IMG/VR virus record: IMGVR_UViG_3300000169_000002
Span: 1 to 64,000 of that record
DNA length: 64,000 nucleotides
Direction: 5' to 3' (one strand)
From: a virus
Taxonomy: Duplodnaviria > Caudoviricetes
How positions within the stretch are numbered: position 1 is the first letter of the stretch; the number at the start of each line of letters is the position of its first letter. The notes below the pieces were generated by a model, which did not search any database, was not told the origin of the DNA, and saw nothing but the letters and a program-made list of their open reading frames with translations. Shown here piece after piece: positions 1 through 11,300 of this stretch. A program made the translations under genes and the position numbers.

Positions 1-38
1 AGGGAGCGCTATGATGCGCTCCCTTATTTTTTTTTTTT
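1..38. terminator. Intrinsic terminator hairpin at the 3' end of the minus-strand RNAP gene
   Basis: Inverted repeat AGGGAGCGC/GCGCTCCCT followed by a long T run; abuts the stop of ORF 41..4213. Confidence 0.75.
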
Positions 39-40
39 TG

Positions 41-3000
41 TTAAATTTTTTCTCCATAAATTTCTTCATACATTTTCTTTACATTTTTCTTCATTCCTAC
101 CAAAATAGAGTTTATAAGCCCTGTTTTAATTGCACTAAATGTCATACGTGCGCCAAGGCTTATGACCCCGAGATAAGCATCAATTTTGTCTTCAGGATCA
201 GATAACAGGTAAGGTTCTTTTCCCTCTTCCCATACATCACAAGTAATTGCTTTACAAGCAATGAATGCTGCAAGTTTATCACCAATTGAGAAAGTGTCCC
301 TATATTTAATATAAATTTCTATTAAAATTCCATCTTTAGGCACTTTGGTCCCTTTTACTTTACCACTCAAGCCCGGATCAATATAATATACTTCAGTTAA
401 CGGAACATCAACTTCATTGGGGTTGACGTGAGAGGAGATTGCTTTAAGTCTATTTTTATTTTCTCTCTCATAATAATTAATAATATCTTGTACAGATTTA
501 CTATATCGTTCTTTTGGGGCGGTATAATATATCTTAATATCTTCAATTACTCCATTATATTTAGACGATATAATATTTCTTGAAGCTTCGTCCACATCGT
601 AATTAAGATCTTCATCTTGTACAAGATTAAGGAATTTATTAACAAGATCTTCTTCATATGAAGTGTCAAATATAATTAAGGGGTCGTTAACTTCTACTGT
701 ATCATTTTTCTTTACCATCTTTGAAATATTTGCATTAGGACCAAGAACGATGTCCTTTTTAATAACAATATGCGAACTGAGTTTATCAGAAAGGCGTTTG
801 GAAATTTTTGTAGAATCTTCAAATGTTTTAGAAGAATAGACAAGAGCAACCCGCGCTAATGGACCATGTATGAATACAGGATCTCCTGTCCATTTATCAA
901 TAGTGAAGAACTCTGGGTTATGTGCAATGAGTTTTCCAGCTTTAAATTTTTCGCCCTCTTTGACAAGAGGTTCAAGTTTATTAGATACAAAGAACCCCGA
1001 ACCGGAGTTTTTACCGATTTCAGGTTGCAGATTCAATACATCTTTAGTTCCATCATTATATTCCAGAACCAAAAGTTTATTTTTATCATCGATTTTGAGA
1101 ACTTTACCATCTTTTTTCGCTTTAAATACGAATGTATCTCCAATTATATGAGGCAAAACTTTTTCAAATCCGGTATACACTAGATTTCTATCAGAGCCTA
1201 CGCAAGCAAGTGTATGTCTGGATTGAGCAGAAGACATTGCAACCCGCTCCGGCTCATCTGATGTTATGGAGAATGGTAATGCGGCTTCTGCACCGCTGGC
1301 CAGATTAGAGGTTGTAAGTTTATTTAACTCTTCTTTACTTTCGACTACGTCAATATACCCACGAGAAGATACAATTCTTGCATCAACGGTAAGAGTACGA
1401 GCAATGCCAACCGACCCGGAAATCGGAGACGCTTGCGATATTACACCGGCCATGGTTGGATGGAAAGAACGTTTTGCAAGGTTGAACGATCTGTCTTTAT
1501 TCATACCGGCCGGACCTTTAAATGTCGTACTTCTCATCAAGTCAATAGTGTATAATGGGTTAAGGTCGCTATAGTCTTTAGTGACTTGGTTTGTAAGAAT
1601 TTTAACAATAACAGCATCTTTCTTAACAGAAAATTTCTTTGGAATAGACTTATCCGCAGTAAGGCGGTAATCTCCATAAGCTTTTGATAGAACGTCATAC
1701 AAAAATGCAGCTACCATCTCATTAGATCTTATTCTATGCATCCTCATATCGCCTTCATGTGTATACGAATTGTCTTCAAGCAGAGAGTTGGCGTAGAGGA
1801 ATACATCAATGAAGTCAGTAGGAAGATTAAAGTCTCTAAGAATTTCTTCAGTAATAGGATCAATGAACAATTGTTGATAGTTCTCGAATGCATATCCAAT
1901 ATTACTACGACCAAAGAGTGTGTCGAAGATCTCATGATAGACATCTTTGGTCAAAAATTGTTTTATTTCATACATTTTTGTAGGCACTTCTACAAGACCA
2001 TTCATAAGAAGAGTATTTCTAAGTGGATATACATCATAAATCAGCCACGCATCTGAAAATTCAATAATTTCTTCTTTGCCTTTATTATAACGAGGGGTAT
2101 TAGGAGATTCTTTTTTAGATATAATTTTGTAATTGATGTTTGCACGTTTCATGAGATTCAAAAGTCCGATAAGATATGCCAGTAAGAGAACAACCGGCAC
2201 TCTCTTTTCCATAATCAAAGATCTCGAATACATATATTTTTTACCTTTAGAAATCGATTTATAAATATCTTTAAAAGATTGGTCATAATGGGAAATTTCA
2301 TTAGCGATGAAATCAATAAGGTCAAGTTCTTTATCGGGTTTCTTATTTTTATCAGTACCAAGCACCACATTGTTAGTGGTGTCAAACCATATGACTTCAT
2401 TTTTATTAGTAATAGCCAAAGGAATTATATGATCAGTTCTATCTGGAAGAGGATATTTTAATTTTTCCATTTCTTTTCTGATATCATTCATGGATAAATA
2501 GATAGTCATATGGGGAAGAATAATTTTCCTATATTTAGATGCGACTTCATCATATTCGATAGTAGTTATATAAGCACTATTACCTTTTGCGGAACCCATT
2601 TCCAATTTAACTTTATTACTGGAAAGTTGTGAGAATTTCTTATACAATTCGATAACTTTTGGAGAAATATTCTGCCCGAATCGAGTGATAAATGTTTTCT
2701 TATAGTTAGTAGCAATTTGTACAGTATCAGGAGCAGTTTTAATAATAGGGAGCGGGATAATTTGATTGACCATGATCTTTTTATTCCCGCCGATTTTCAT
2801 AAATCGCCCATTTATAAATTTAGGAAGAAGAACAGTAAAGTTATGTCTTTTTCCATTTTCATCTTCAAAGATAAATGTATATTCTTCTACCTTATTAAGA
2901 GGATCACTTACATCCTTAACTTTTGTGTCGATCAAATAAAGAGGTCTATCTTTATATTGAAGGCTTGTCATCATAGAAACAATATCTTTCTTATAATGAT

Positions 3001-4213
3001 TTTTTAAGTATGCCTCATCAAAATTCGGGAAAGTCATCTTTTTTAAAGATGGATTGATAGTATTGATAGGAAATTCAACAGGATCAATTTTGTTAGATTT
3101 CGCACGAGATTGAATTTCTCCAATAGTCATATCATCAATTTTAAGATTTTTCATATTTTTAACAAGCTGCATTTCCCTGGCAAGTCTTGGTTTAGACCTC
3201 GGTAGAGTTTCATTCAACTGAGTATTAACTTTTTCAAGTTCCAGCTCTAATGGGGTTACGACAAAGTCAGGAATATTTTCTATTTCTTTATCCCTTAACG
3301 GAGCTGCAATCTTGTCTGCAGTTTTATTTATAAGATTATCCAAAGTTTCATCATCGAGATCCTCATCATTTACTAATTCATCGATTTTTTCTTTTAATTT
3401 GGTACGATTTTTTGCCTCAATAATTTCCTCAAGTTCATCCTCATCAGCGAGAGATTCGATATCTTCTCCTTCTTTAACAGGCCGAAGTTTAAGCCAAAGA
3501 GTTCTAAATACTTTATAAGTATCCTCATCAAAAGTTTCTGGAAGCATGAAGAATATTTGTCTATGGAATATGAAGAAAAACTTCCATCCCGAAAAATTCT
3601 TTGAAAAATACGAAGGATCTTCTTTCAATTTATGATAGAATATAGAAATAAAATTATCCGTCCGTCTAAGGTTAAAAATTGTCATATCTTTTATATCTTT
3701 TACCCAATAATCAATTGGGATGAATATACATTTATTATTGTAAGCAGACATATCAATTTTCTTAGTAATAAATTCTTTAAAGAGTCTGAAATATTCGTTA
3801 ACCCTTCTCATACCAATTCTGGAATCTTTGTTATCAAAAAATTCTTTAGTAAAGAAACTCATATCATGAATATAGTTTCTACCTTTAATTATACCATAAT
3901 TCAATGCTATTCTAAGATCAGGAATAATATTCTGTAAACGTTCTTCAAACATTTCTTTTAATTCAGTCTCAGGGATTCGATACCTGACAACTCTATTGTA
4001 GATCTTATAGTTAAATAACTTCTCATGGTAATAGAATCTTACAAGTCTCAGATCCCACATTGGATTTGTAAAAAATTTCAACGTATCTTCTTCTGTCTTT
4101 ACAATAGGCACATATACAGTTCCCTTTTCTTTACCCTTAACATTAAGTGGCAGGCGATATTTTACATTGCTTCTGTAAATGATATTAGGTTTCAGAAATC
4201 TTATATCTATCAA
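41..4213 (-). CDS. Multisubunit RNA polymerase beta subunit, N-terminal/middle part (probably virion RNAP)
   Basis: RpoB-like motifs HPTMAGVISQASPISGSVGI (cf. [20 protein letters not shown]), QSRHTL..YTGFEK (cf. MQRQAVP..GTGME), IGDKL...K and D......ARMT. Lacks the RpoB C-terminus. Late-type promoter upstream. Confidence 0.88.
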   Translation of the reverse strand: MIDIRFLKPNIIYRSNVKYRLPLNVKGKEKGTVYVPIVKTEEDTLKFFTNPMWDLRLVRFYYHEKLFNYKIYNRVVRYRIPETELKEMFEERLQNIIPDLRIALNYGIIKGRNYIHDMSFFTKEFFDNKDSRIGMRRVNEYFRLFKEFITKKIDMSAYNNKCIFIPIDYWVKDIKDMTIFNLRRTDNFISIFYHKLKEDPSYFSKNFSGWKFFFIFHRQIFFMLPETFDEDTYKVFRTLWLKLRPVKEGEDIESLADEDELEEIIEAKNRTKLKEKIDELVNDEDLDDETLDNLINKTADKIAAPLRDKEIENIPDFVVTPLELELEKVNTQLNETLPRSKPRLAREMQLVKNMKNLKIDDMTIGEIQSRAKSNKIDPVEFPINTINPSLKKMTFPNFDEAYLKNHYKKDIVSMMTSLQYKDRPLYLIDTKVKDVSDPLNKVEEYTFIFEDENGKRHNFTVLLPKFINGRFMKIGGNKKIMVNQIIPLPIIKTAPDTVQIATNYKKTFITRFGQNISPKVIELYKKFSQLSSNKVKLEMGSAKGNSAYITTIEYDEVASKYRKIILPHMTIYLSMNDIRKEMEKLKYPLPDRTDHIIPLAITNKNEVIWFDTTNNVVLGTDKNKKPDKELDLIDFIANEISHYDQSFKDIYKSISKGKKYMYSRSLIMEKRVPVVLLLAYLIGLLNLMKRANINYKIISKKESPNTPRYNKGKEEIIEFSDAWLIYDVYPLRNTLLMNGLVEVPTKMYEIKQFLTKDVYHEIFDTLFGRSNIGYAFENYQQLFIDPITEEILRDFNLPTDFIDVFLYANSLLEDNSYTHEGDMRMHRIRSNEMVAAFLYDVLSKAYGDYRLTADKSIPKKFSVKKDAVIVKILTNQVTKDYSDLNPLYTIDLMRSTTFKGPAGMNKDRSFNLAKRSFHPTMAGVISQASPISGSVGIARTLTVDARIVSSRGYIDVVESKEELNKLTTSNLASGAEAALPFSITSDEPERVAMSSAQSRHTLACVGSDRNLVYTGFEKVLPHIIGDTFVFKAKKDGKVLKIDDKNKLLVLEYNDGTKDVLNLQPEIGKNSGSGFFVSNKLEPLVKEGEKFKAGKLIAHNPEFFTIDKWTGDPVFIHGPLARVALVYSSKTFEDSTKISKRLSDKLSSHIVIKKDIVLGPNANISKMVKKNDTVEVNDPLIIFDTSYEEDLVNKFLNLVQDEDLNYDVDEASRNIISSKYNGVIEDIKIYYTAPKERYSKSVQDIINYYERENKNRLKAISSHVNPNEVDVPLTEVYYIDPGLSGKVKGTKVPKDGILIEIYIKYRDTFSIGDKLAAFIACKAITCDVWEEGKEPYLLSDPEDKIDAYLGVISLGARMTFSAIKTGLINSILVGMKKNVKKMYEEIYGEKI

Positions 4214-4244
4214 TATTATCAGTCCCTTCCTATATATTATAGAT

Positions 4245-4256
4245 TATTTTGGTGTT
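4245..4256 (-). promoter_or_regulatory. Late-type phage promoter AACA-N6-TA
   Basis: Minus strand reads AACA-CCAAAA-TA just upstream of the RNAP beta gene. Confidence 0.6.
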
Positions 4257-4322
4257 TTCATTATTTAATTTACCTAAAAATTTTTCATACATAATTTAAA
4301 ACGGTCAGAATTGCGTTATATT

Positions 4323-4332
4323 TATATATTAT
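4323..4332 (+). promoter_or_regulatory. Early-type phage promoter TATATATTAT
   Basis: One of about 16 copies of this motif upstream of + strand genes. Confidence 0.65.
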
Positions 4333-4384
4333 TATATTGTGCTATAAACGTATTATTAATACAATCAAGAAAGAAGGTAGATTC

Positions 4385-4645
4385 ATGGCTATAGCAGTTA
4401 CAGACGTAAATAAATCCACTATTATGAAGATGCTTCAAGTAGATGTATTTGGATTTTCTGCTGAAGAAATTGAAGAAAAGGCAAAAGAAGTTCATAATCT
4501 TGTAGTAAATGGCGATGATAGTCAAATTTCTTCTTCTAAATTTGTTGGAGGTTATGGCAGGACGAGTTCCGGCTGTATTGCTATCTATTATAATGGATAT
4601 TTTGATAATAAAGGAAATAAATCTTCTAAAAGTAAGCGCAAATAA
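4385..4645 (+). CDS. Hypothetical protein
   Basis: ORF 4337..4645; ATG at 4385 follows a GAAGG RBS and the early promoter. Confidence 0.6.
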   Translation: MAIAVTDVNKSTIMKMLQVDVFGFSAEEIEEKAKEVHNLVVNGDDSQISSSKFVGGYGRTSSGCIAIYYNGYFDNKGNKSSKSKRK

Positions 4646-4720
4646 TTAACTCCAGATGTGTAATTAAAAATCATACTACAAACTAAGTATAAATCCATCA
4701 AATTTATCACAAGGGAGCGA

Positions 4721-5284
4721 ATGAAAATGAAAGTACGAGTGTTGAGTGTCGAAGACACGATCAAAAAACTGCAAGAAAAGAACCCTTCGCCGCGGAAGGT
4801 GTTCAACAAAACGGAACTGACTGCCATCGTGGAGGCGGTCCTGAGCGACCCGAACTATGTCGCTCAAAACATCAAGATCAAAAAAGGGCAATTCATCACG
4901 GAAGATCGGCGGCTTAGCGCCGAATTCAAGAAGGCTCTTGCTGAAATTCTGAAACATCTCGGCCTGAACAGCAACGAAGCCTTGTCGGCGCTGGAAAACT
5001 ACAAGGTGCCGAAGTCTTTGGCATCCGTTGTCATTGATGCTGTCCACCATGCCGACCATCTGTACATGGACAAAGTGGGCAAGGCCGTCAAATTCTTCGG
5101 CGTCAGCGACGTGGATCAAACGTTCTTCATGCGCGATTTCGAAGAGCGGACGCGGCGCAGTCATGTTCCGAACCAAAAGGACGCCAATGGTAATCCGGTT
5201 GTCCGGAATATCAAATTCAACAAACACCGGAAGATCGCCACGAAATCCCGGTACAATCCGTCGATCAAAATGCTGCTGAAATGA
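4721..5284 (+). CDS. Basic hypothetical protein, possible HU/IHF-like DNA-binding protein
   Basis: 187-aa ORF with AAGGGAG RBS, GC-rich codons and a strong terminator. The C-terminal half loosely resembles the HU beta-arm (function inferred). Confidence 0.6.
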   Translation: MKMKVRVLSVEDTIKKLQEKNPSPRKVFNKTELTAIVEAVLSDPNYVAQNIKIKKGQFITEDRRLSAEFKKALAEILKHLGLNSNEALSALENYKVPKSLASVVIDAVHHADHLYMDKVGKAVKFFGVSDVDQTFFMRDFEERTRRSHVPNQKDANGNPVVRNIKFNKHRKIATKSRYNPSIKMLLK

Positions 5285-5298
5285 TCAGCGACCGGCCG

Positions 5299-5340
5299 AC
5301 CGCAGAAGGGTTCATTCCCTTCTGCGGTTATTTTTTTTTT
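5299..5340 (+). terminator. Intrinsic terminator
   Basis: ACCGCAGAAGGG/CCCTTCTGCGGT stem followed by a T tract. Confidence 0.85.
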
Positions 5341-5356
5341 GTAATTTTGAAATAAA

Positions 5357-5368
5357 AACACCATAATA
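5357..5368 (+). promoter_or_regulatory. Late-type promoter AACA-N6-TA
   Basis: AACA-CCATAA-TA directly before the AGGAGG RBS of the giant tail protein. Confidence 0.65.
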
Positions 5369-5388
5369 ACGAAAAGGAGGTGTACATA

Positions 5389-8300
5389 TTGGCACTTTCG
5401 AAATCTTATTTGTCCAATCTGGGCAAATCATTATACTACTCTGCAAAAGAAGTAGTTAAAAATCAAATGCCAATTTTGACTGGTACTTATGAAAATAATA
5501 AAGAAATTTTTTCATCTGGAATTGAGTATACAAGAAGATTTGTGGCATCAAAAGGTGCAAGCAGCACCCATTCTTTAAGCAATATGGCTTCTCAATTTTT
5601 AAAAGATCTTGATGAGCTCAAGAAAAATGCATTTGAAGATCTTCGTTCTGGAAAATTAAATAACTTAGATCGTCAAATGGAGGAACTTGAAAAACAATTT
5701 GGCGGAGGATTCGATAGCGATCACGATTTTAGTTTTACCGACGCCGAAATTTCTTTCGAGGAAGATGAAAATTCTATTTCTATTAAGAATTCCCAAATTA
5801 GTGAAAAGAATTCCAATATGAGAACTAAAGCTTTAATGGAAACCATTATAGATTCTTCTGAAAAAACTGCCAACTATATAGTTGGCAATAATAGAAAATT
5901 GAATAGCATGTTTATGACTCTCTCTGCTCAAATGCATACTGAGACTATAAAAATGATGAGCGATACGAACAAGCTTTTGACTTCCATTGTTGAGTTTCAA
6001 AATAATCAAATTATTGATCACATGAATAAAACTCTTACTTTCTATGATAATGTACTTCAAGAATTAAGGGAAATTAAACAAGGTTTAATACCTAAACCTG
6101 AAGAAACGAAAAACCGTCCTATTACTTTTGATGATATTCTTACGAGCAGTGGATTAAATTTGAGAGCATATGGGGAACTGATTAAAAAGAATTTTTCTAA
6201 TTGGTTTGGAGGAACTACTTTAGGATTAGCGTTCTCCATGTCTAAAATGGCTGGAGATCAAGGCGTGTTTGGCGCTATTAAAAGCAATCCTATCGGGACA
6301 GTTCTCCAACTTATGATGTCCGGCCTGCTTCCGAAATCTGTCAAGACTGCAATGACTAAGCTTGATAATTCTTTAGCAGGTTTATTTTCAGCAATGATTC
6401 TTAGACTTAATAATATGAAAAATGATTTTTATAGTCCTTTCAGAGATATGATCGGATCTGTATTAGGAATAGATGTTCCGGGTAAAAGATCCATTGATAC
6501 GTCCAAATTCCATAAAGATATGATGCAATATAATGGACGGGCAGATAAAGCTATTACTGAGGTAATTCCAACTTTATTATCACATATTTTATCAGCCATT
6601 CAAGGAAGCAATAAGGTAATGCTGTATAACTATTCTAGTGGGAAATTTGTTGAAAAAGCCTCCGTTTCTTCTGAGCACGATAGTAGAATTCGCAGAAGCG
6701 CATTATTTGATATGTATGATTTAAGGTATGCTCTTAAAAATAGACTTGCTCAAGTCCAAGGCGGAACTTCTGAGTTCATGATGGATGAGCTTGACACTTT
6801 TCTTGAATATATCGCAAATGCGGGGAAATTTTATAATCCGTATCAGACAAAGAGCGCAAATGATTTAAGCGGTCTTAAACTCAGAGATTCCCGTTCATAT
6901 AATCTTATAAGGGCAGCATTCATGAGTCTTCCAAAATCAATGCAAAACAGGATAGCTACTGAAATTATAAGAGGTCGTATGGGATCGAGAAAAGTTATTG
7001 AAAATATTGAAGAAGAACTCAAAGAATCTGGTCTTGGAATAGCATATTCGGGTCTTCAATCTCCATCTATCCGAGTTAATACTTCTTATTCTATATCAAA
7101 TAAACTTTTGCGGGATATTAAAAATATCCTTATTGAGGGAATCAAAGTCGTTCAAATAGGTTATACTCCTGCTGCACCTACTGTTATTAAAAGAATTATG
7201 GGGCGGAAACTTGACAGAACTAATTACAATGTCACTACAGGAACTTCCACAAGTCAACCATCGGTTGCAACTAGCTCTCCTACCCCTCAAGGTAAAAGCG
7301 AGTTAGAGCAAGCCTTCCAAAAAAGTGAACAGCAATTACTTCGCGAGATGGCTATGGGAGCTGATCTCAGCTACTCTCCATCTCGTGCAGGATTCAAGAA
7401 CTTTGTTGAAAGAGTGACGAGTGAGAAATCTTTAAGGAATAAATTTAGGGTAATTAGAGAAAGTGTATCTCCAGGTAATATTATCTCCAAAGGGATAAAT
7501 AAACTTGACGAGTTTATCCATACGATATTATTTGGAAGTCACGGAAGAGAATCTTCCGATGATGAAGACGGTGATGGGGACGGAGGTCCCGCTTCAAGAA
7601 GCTTTTTCTCAAGAATGACTCAAAGAATATCCAATGCTATAGATAAATCGGTAAAATGGGTCGAAAGAAGAATCTTGACCCCGCTCCATGAGAAATTCTT
7701 TGGAGAAAACGGAATATTTACTAAATTCCAAGAAAGATTTACTCCATTTGTTGAAAAATTTAAGGATTTAGCAAGGTCTAAGTTTGAAAAATTTAAAGAA
7801 TTCTTTATGGGTTCTTTAAATAAGGAAGGTTTCTACACGGGTGGCATTTTTGCTGATATTGCAAATATGTTTAAAGATCAATCTAACCAGATAAGACATT
7901 TCTTTACTGGTGCAGGTTATACTAAATCCACTGGGGAAGTTGTGCCTGAGAATAAAGATACTTCTGTATTTGCATATGTGAAGAAATACACTAAAAATAT
8001 TATGGAAAATATTAAAACTGGTTTATTTGGTACTAAATATGAAGTCGATGAGGTTGATCCTGAAACTGGAGAGGTAAGAAAAGTTACGAGACGTAAGAAA
8101 GATGGTATTCTTTCAGCAGTTATGGATCAACTTAAGAGAACTTATCAAATATTTGATAACCTTTTTAAATCTAAGAAAGATGAGTCTGAAGAAGATGTTC
8201 AAAAGAATATAGAGCAATGGAAAAGAGAGCTTAAGGGATTCTTACCAAAAGGACTTGCAGGTGGGGCATTAGGTGCAGTATCTAGTGCTATATTACCTGG

Positions 8301-11300
8301 CGGTCCGGTGATGTGGGGTATCCTTGGTTCTACTGTCGCGTTTGCTAGCCATTCTAAAAAATTCAGGGAATTTTTATTCGGAAATGATGAAGAAGGCAGA
8401 CCCGGAATAATCCCGGCACACTATAAGAAAATTTTGAACGAAATAAAACAAAGTCTTCCTTCTATAATGGGCGGGGGGATAGTTGGCCTTGGTGCAAGTC
8501 TCATTCTCCCAGGTGGTCCATTATTGGGCCTTACCCTTGGCTCTGCTATCGGCTTCGCAGCAAGCTCTAAACGTATGCAAGAATGGTTGTTTGGTAAAAC
8601 TGATGAGAATGGTAATATTATAACTAAAGGAATTCTTGGGCCAGAATTTAAGGAACGAATTAAAGAAGTAGCCCCAGCAATGGGAGCCGGTGGAATTCTT
8701 GGGATGGGTGCTAGCATATTCTTACCCGGAGGGCCATTACTCGGATTGACCATCGGTTCTGCGTTGGGGTTTGCTTCTAAGTCTAAGAAAGTTCAAGAAT
8801 TGTTATTTGGTAAGACTGACGCAGATGGTAATATTATTACTAAAGGTTTGATTTCTCCAGCTATGCGCGAAAAAATTAATGAAATGCTGCCTAAAGGTAT
8901 GGCCGGTGCAGTATTTGGCGCATTGTCTGGATTGGTTAAAGGATCGTTCTTACCTGGTGGACCGCTTGTTGGTGCAATGGTAGGCGCATCCCTGTCAATA
9001 TTAGCAACTTCAGACAAATTTAAAGAGTTTATGTTCGGTAAAGTAGACCCTGAATCCGGAAAACGGGTTGGGGGATTGCTTGGAAATGTACGGGATTTTG
9101 TTCGTGATGAATTCTTAATTCCATTTAAAGGATGGGTTAAGAAGAAAGGTAAAGTTGTTGGCGAGTGGTTTGATGAAGCTATTAAAGCTCCGTTGATGTC
9201 TGCAATGCAACCTCTTAAAGCAGCATTCGGGGTTATTGGTAAAAATATTAAAGATGCATGGACCGACCTCAAGAAATCTTTTGTAAATGCTTTCCATGAA
9301 GTATTTACGAAGAATGTTGGTATTCCTCTTAAGAATTTCATTAAGGAGAATATAACTGATCCTCTGAAACGCACCTTGGATAAGTTCTTTAACTTCCTTG
9401 GTAGAGGATTATCTATGATTCTCACTGCTCCTATAAAGGGCCTAACCTTATTTGCAAAGTCTATTATAGATTCTGAAGCTGAGAAGACTGGAATGTCATC
9501 AGATGAAATTATTCAAAAGTATGGTGGGGAGAAAGATGAGCCGTCTGCTACTGGTGTGAAAACTAGTACGATGGTAAGTAAAACAAAAGAAATTATCTCT
9601 AAAGCTAGTATTGCTGGACTTTTGCCCGGTCCACAAATTGCAGGATATTTGCCTCCTGCAATGCCGCACCCAATGCATGGAGATAATATAGGCTATATGT
9701 TAAGAATTAACACATCCGCAGGAACTGGAGCTCCTAACAGCGCAGTAGCCCAGGCATTTGCTGAAGGTCAATCTAAGAACGTTGAAAGTATTAATCAAGA
9801 AAATGCCGGAATACCTAACGGTTATTATAGAACTATGCTTGATTATGTTAAAGATATAAGAGATGAAGTACATGGACAATTAGACGGCGTTGGTTACAAC
9901 GTCGAAACTATAGCAAATATCTTACTTGATCAATTTGGTCATCCTAGTGTATTTGCGAAAGGTATTAAAGGAGTAAGGGGTAACCTTAAGCGAAGAGGAT
10001 TTATGGGTCGTCTGATGGGGCTCCTCAAAAGTCCTTTCAAGCTCGCTAAAAATATCATTGTTAAACCAGTGCAATTGGTTCTTAATACTATCAAAAATAC
10101 TTTGATGAAAATTCCCAGAATGGTAGGAAGGGCTATCAGCTGGGCTGGAAGATCTGTTGGAAAAATTATTTCAATGACATCTAAGTCTTTAAGCGGTGCT
10201 GTAAAGCTCTTTGGAAAATCTGTTAAAGGTGTAACTAAAATGCTTCGTTCTATAGGAAAATTTGCTACTACACTATTAGATACCATAATTGTTAAACCCA
10301 CTAAAGCATTATTTAGAGCGTCAAAAGGAGTAATTAGAGGATTTGGAACTATCGCTAAAGGGTTTGGTGTCCTTCTTAAAGATACTGCATCCAGCATATT
10401 CAATCTTGCAAGAAAAGCCATTCCTGCATTGTCGAAAGGAATATTTAGCCTCACTAAAGGAATGATCAATCTCACTAAAACCGTTGGCAATGCTGTAGTT
10501 GGAATGGCCAAATTTGCTATGGGACTACTTGGCAAAGGATTTAGAGCTGCTGGTAGGTTATTCGGAGTCGGAAGGTCTGGAAAAATGGCCGGAAACTTTA
10601 CAGGATTATCAGGAAATCCTGTTTATGTAGTCGGCGGAACTCTGGATCTTGTAGATAGAGTAAGAGTTGTTGAAAAAATTGGAGCAGCCGATGATTATTC
10701 GACTAGCGGATTGTCTTTCAGAAGATGGATGAATAACAGAGGCGGAGTTGCTTCTAGTGCCACGCACTCACAAGATGTGGACACTCTTGAATCCGGAACT
10801 TCGGGAAGAGGTCGTTTCGCAGCATTCAAGCAAAAGACATTTAAAGCAGTTTCCATGTTTGCTAAAGCAGGTTCATATGTAGCAAGAATGGCTAGATCTA
10901 AATGGAATGATACTATCCCAAGAATTGCATTTATTGAAACTATGGCTAAAAATGTTAAAACGGAAAAAGATTATCATTATACAACCTTGGGGCTGTTACA
11001 TGAACTGGTAGTTTCCAACATTCAGATCTTAGAAGCCACAAATAAGTCTATCAGCGAGGAAAAAGGAAGCATATTTGACACTATTAAATCTATAGCTGAA
11101 ACATTAAAAAATGCGTGGCCATTATTGGCAGCAGCGTTATCCCCACTTTTGAGTGGTATACTTGGTGCCCTGGGAAGTCTTGGAAATCTTCTTAGAAAGT
11201 TAGGAGGTAGAATATTTGGAAGAGGCGGAAGTGCAAGAACTACCTCTGGAGGAGCCACAAGACCCCCAGCTGGAGGAACCACTTTTGTTGATATAGATAG

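Noticed and set aside
4231-4240. Additional TATATATTAT copy
   Set aside because: Lacks the usual A-rich 5' flank and downstream T/TGT, and overlaps the leader of the minus-strand RNAP gene; may be chance in AT-rich DNA
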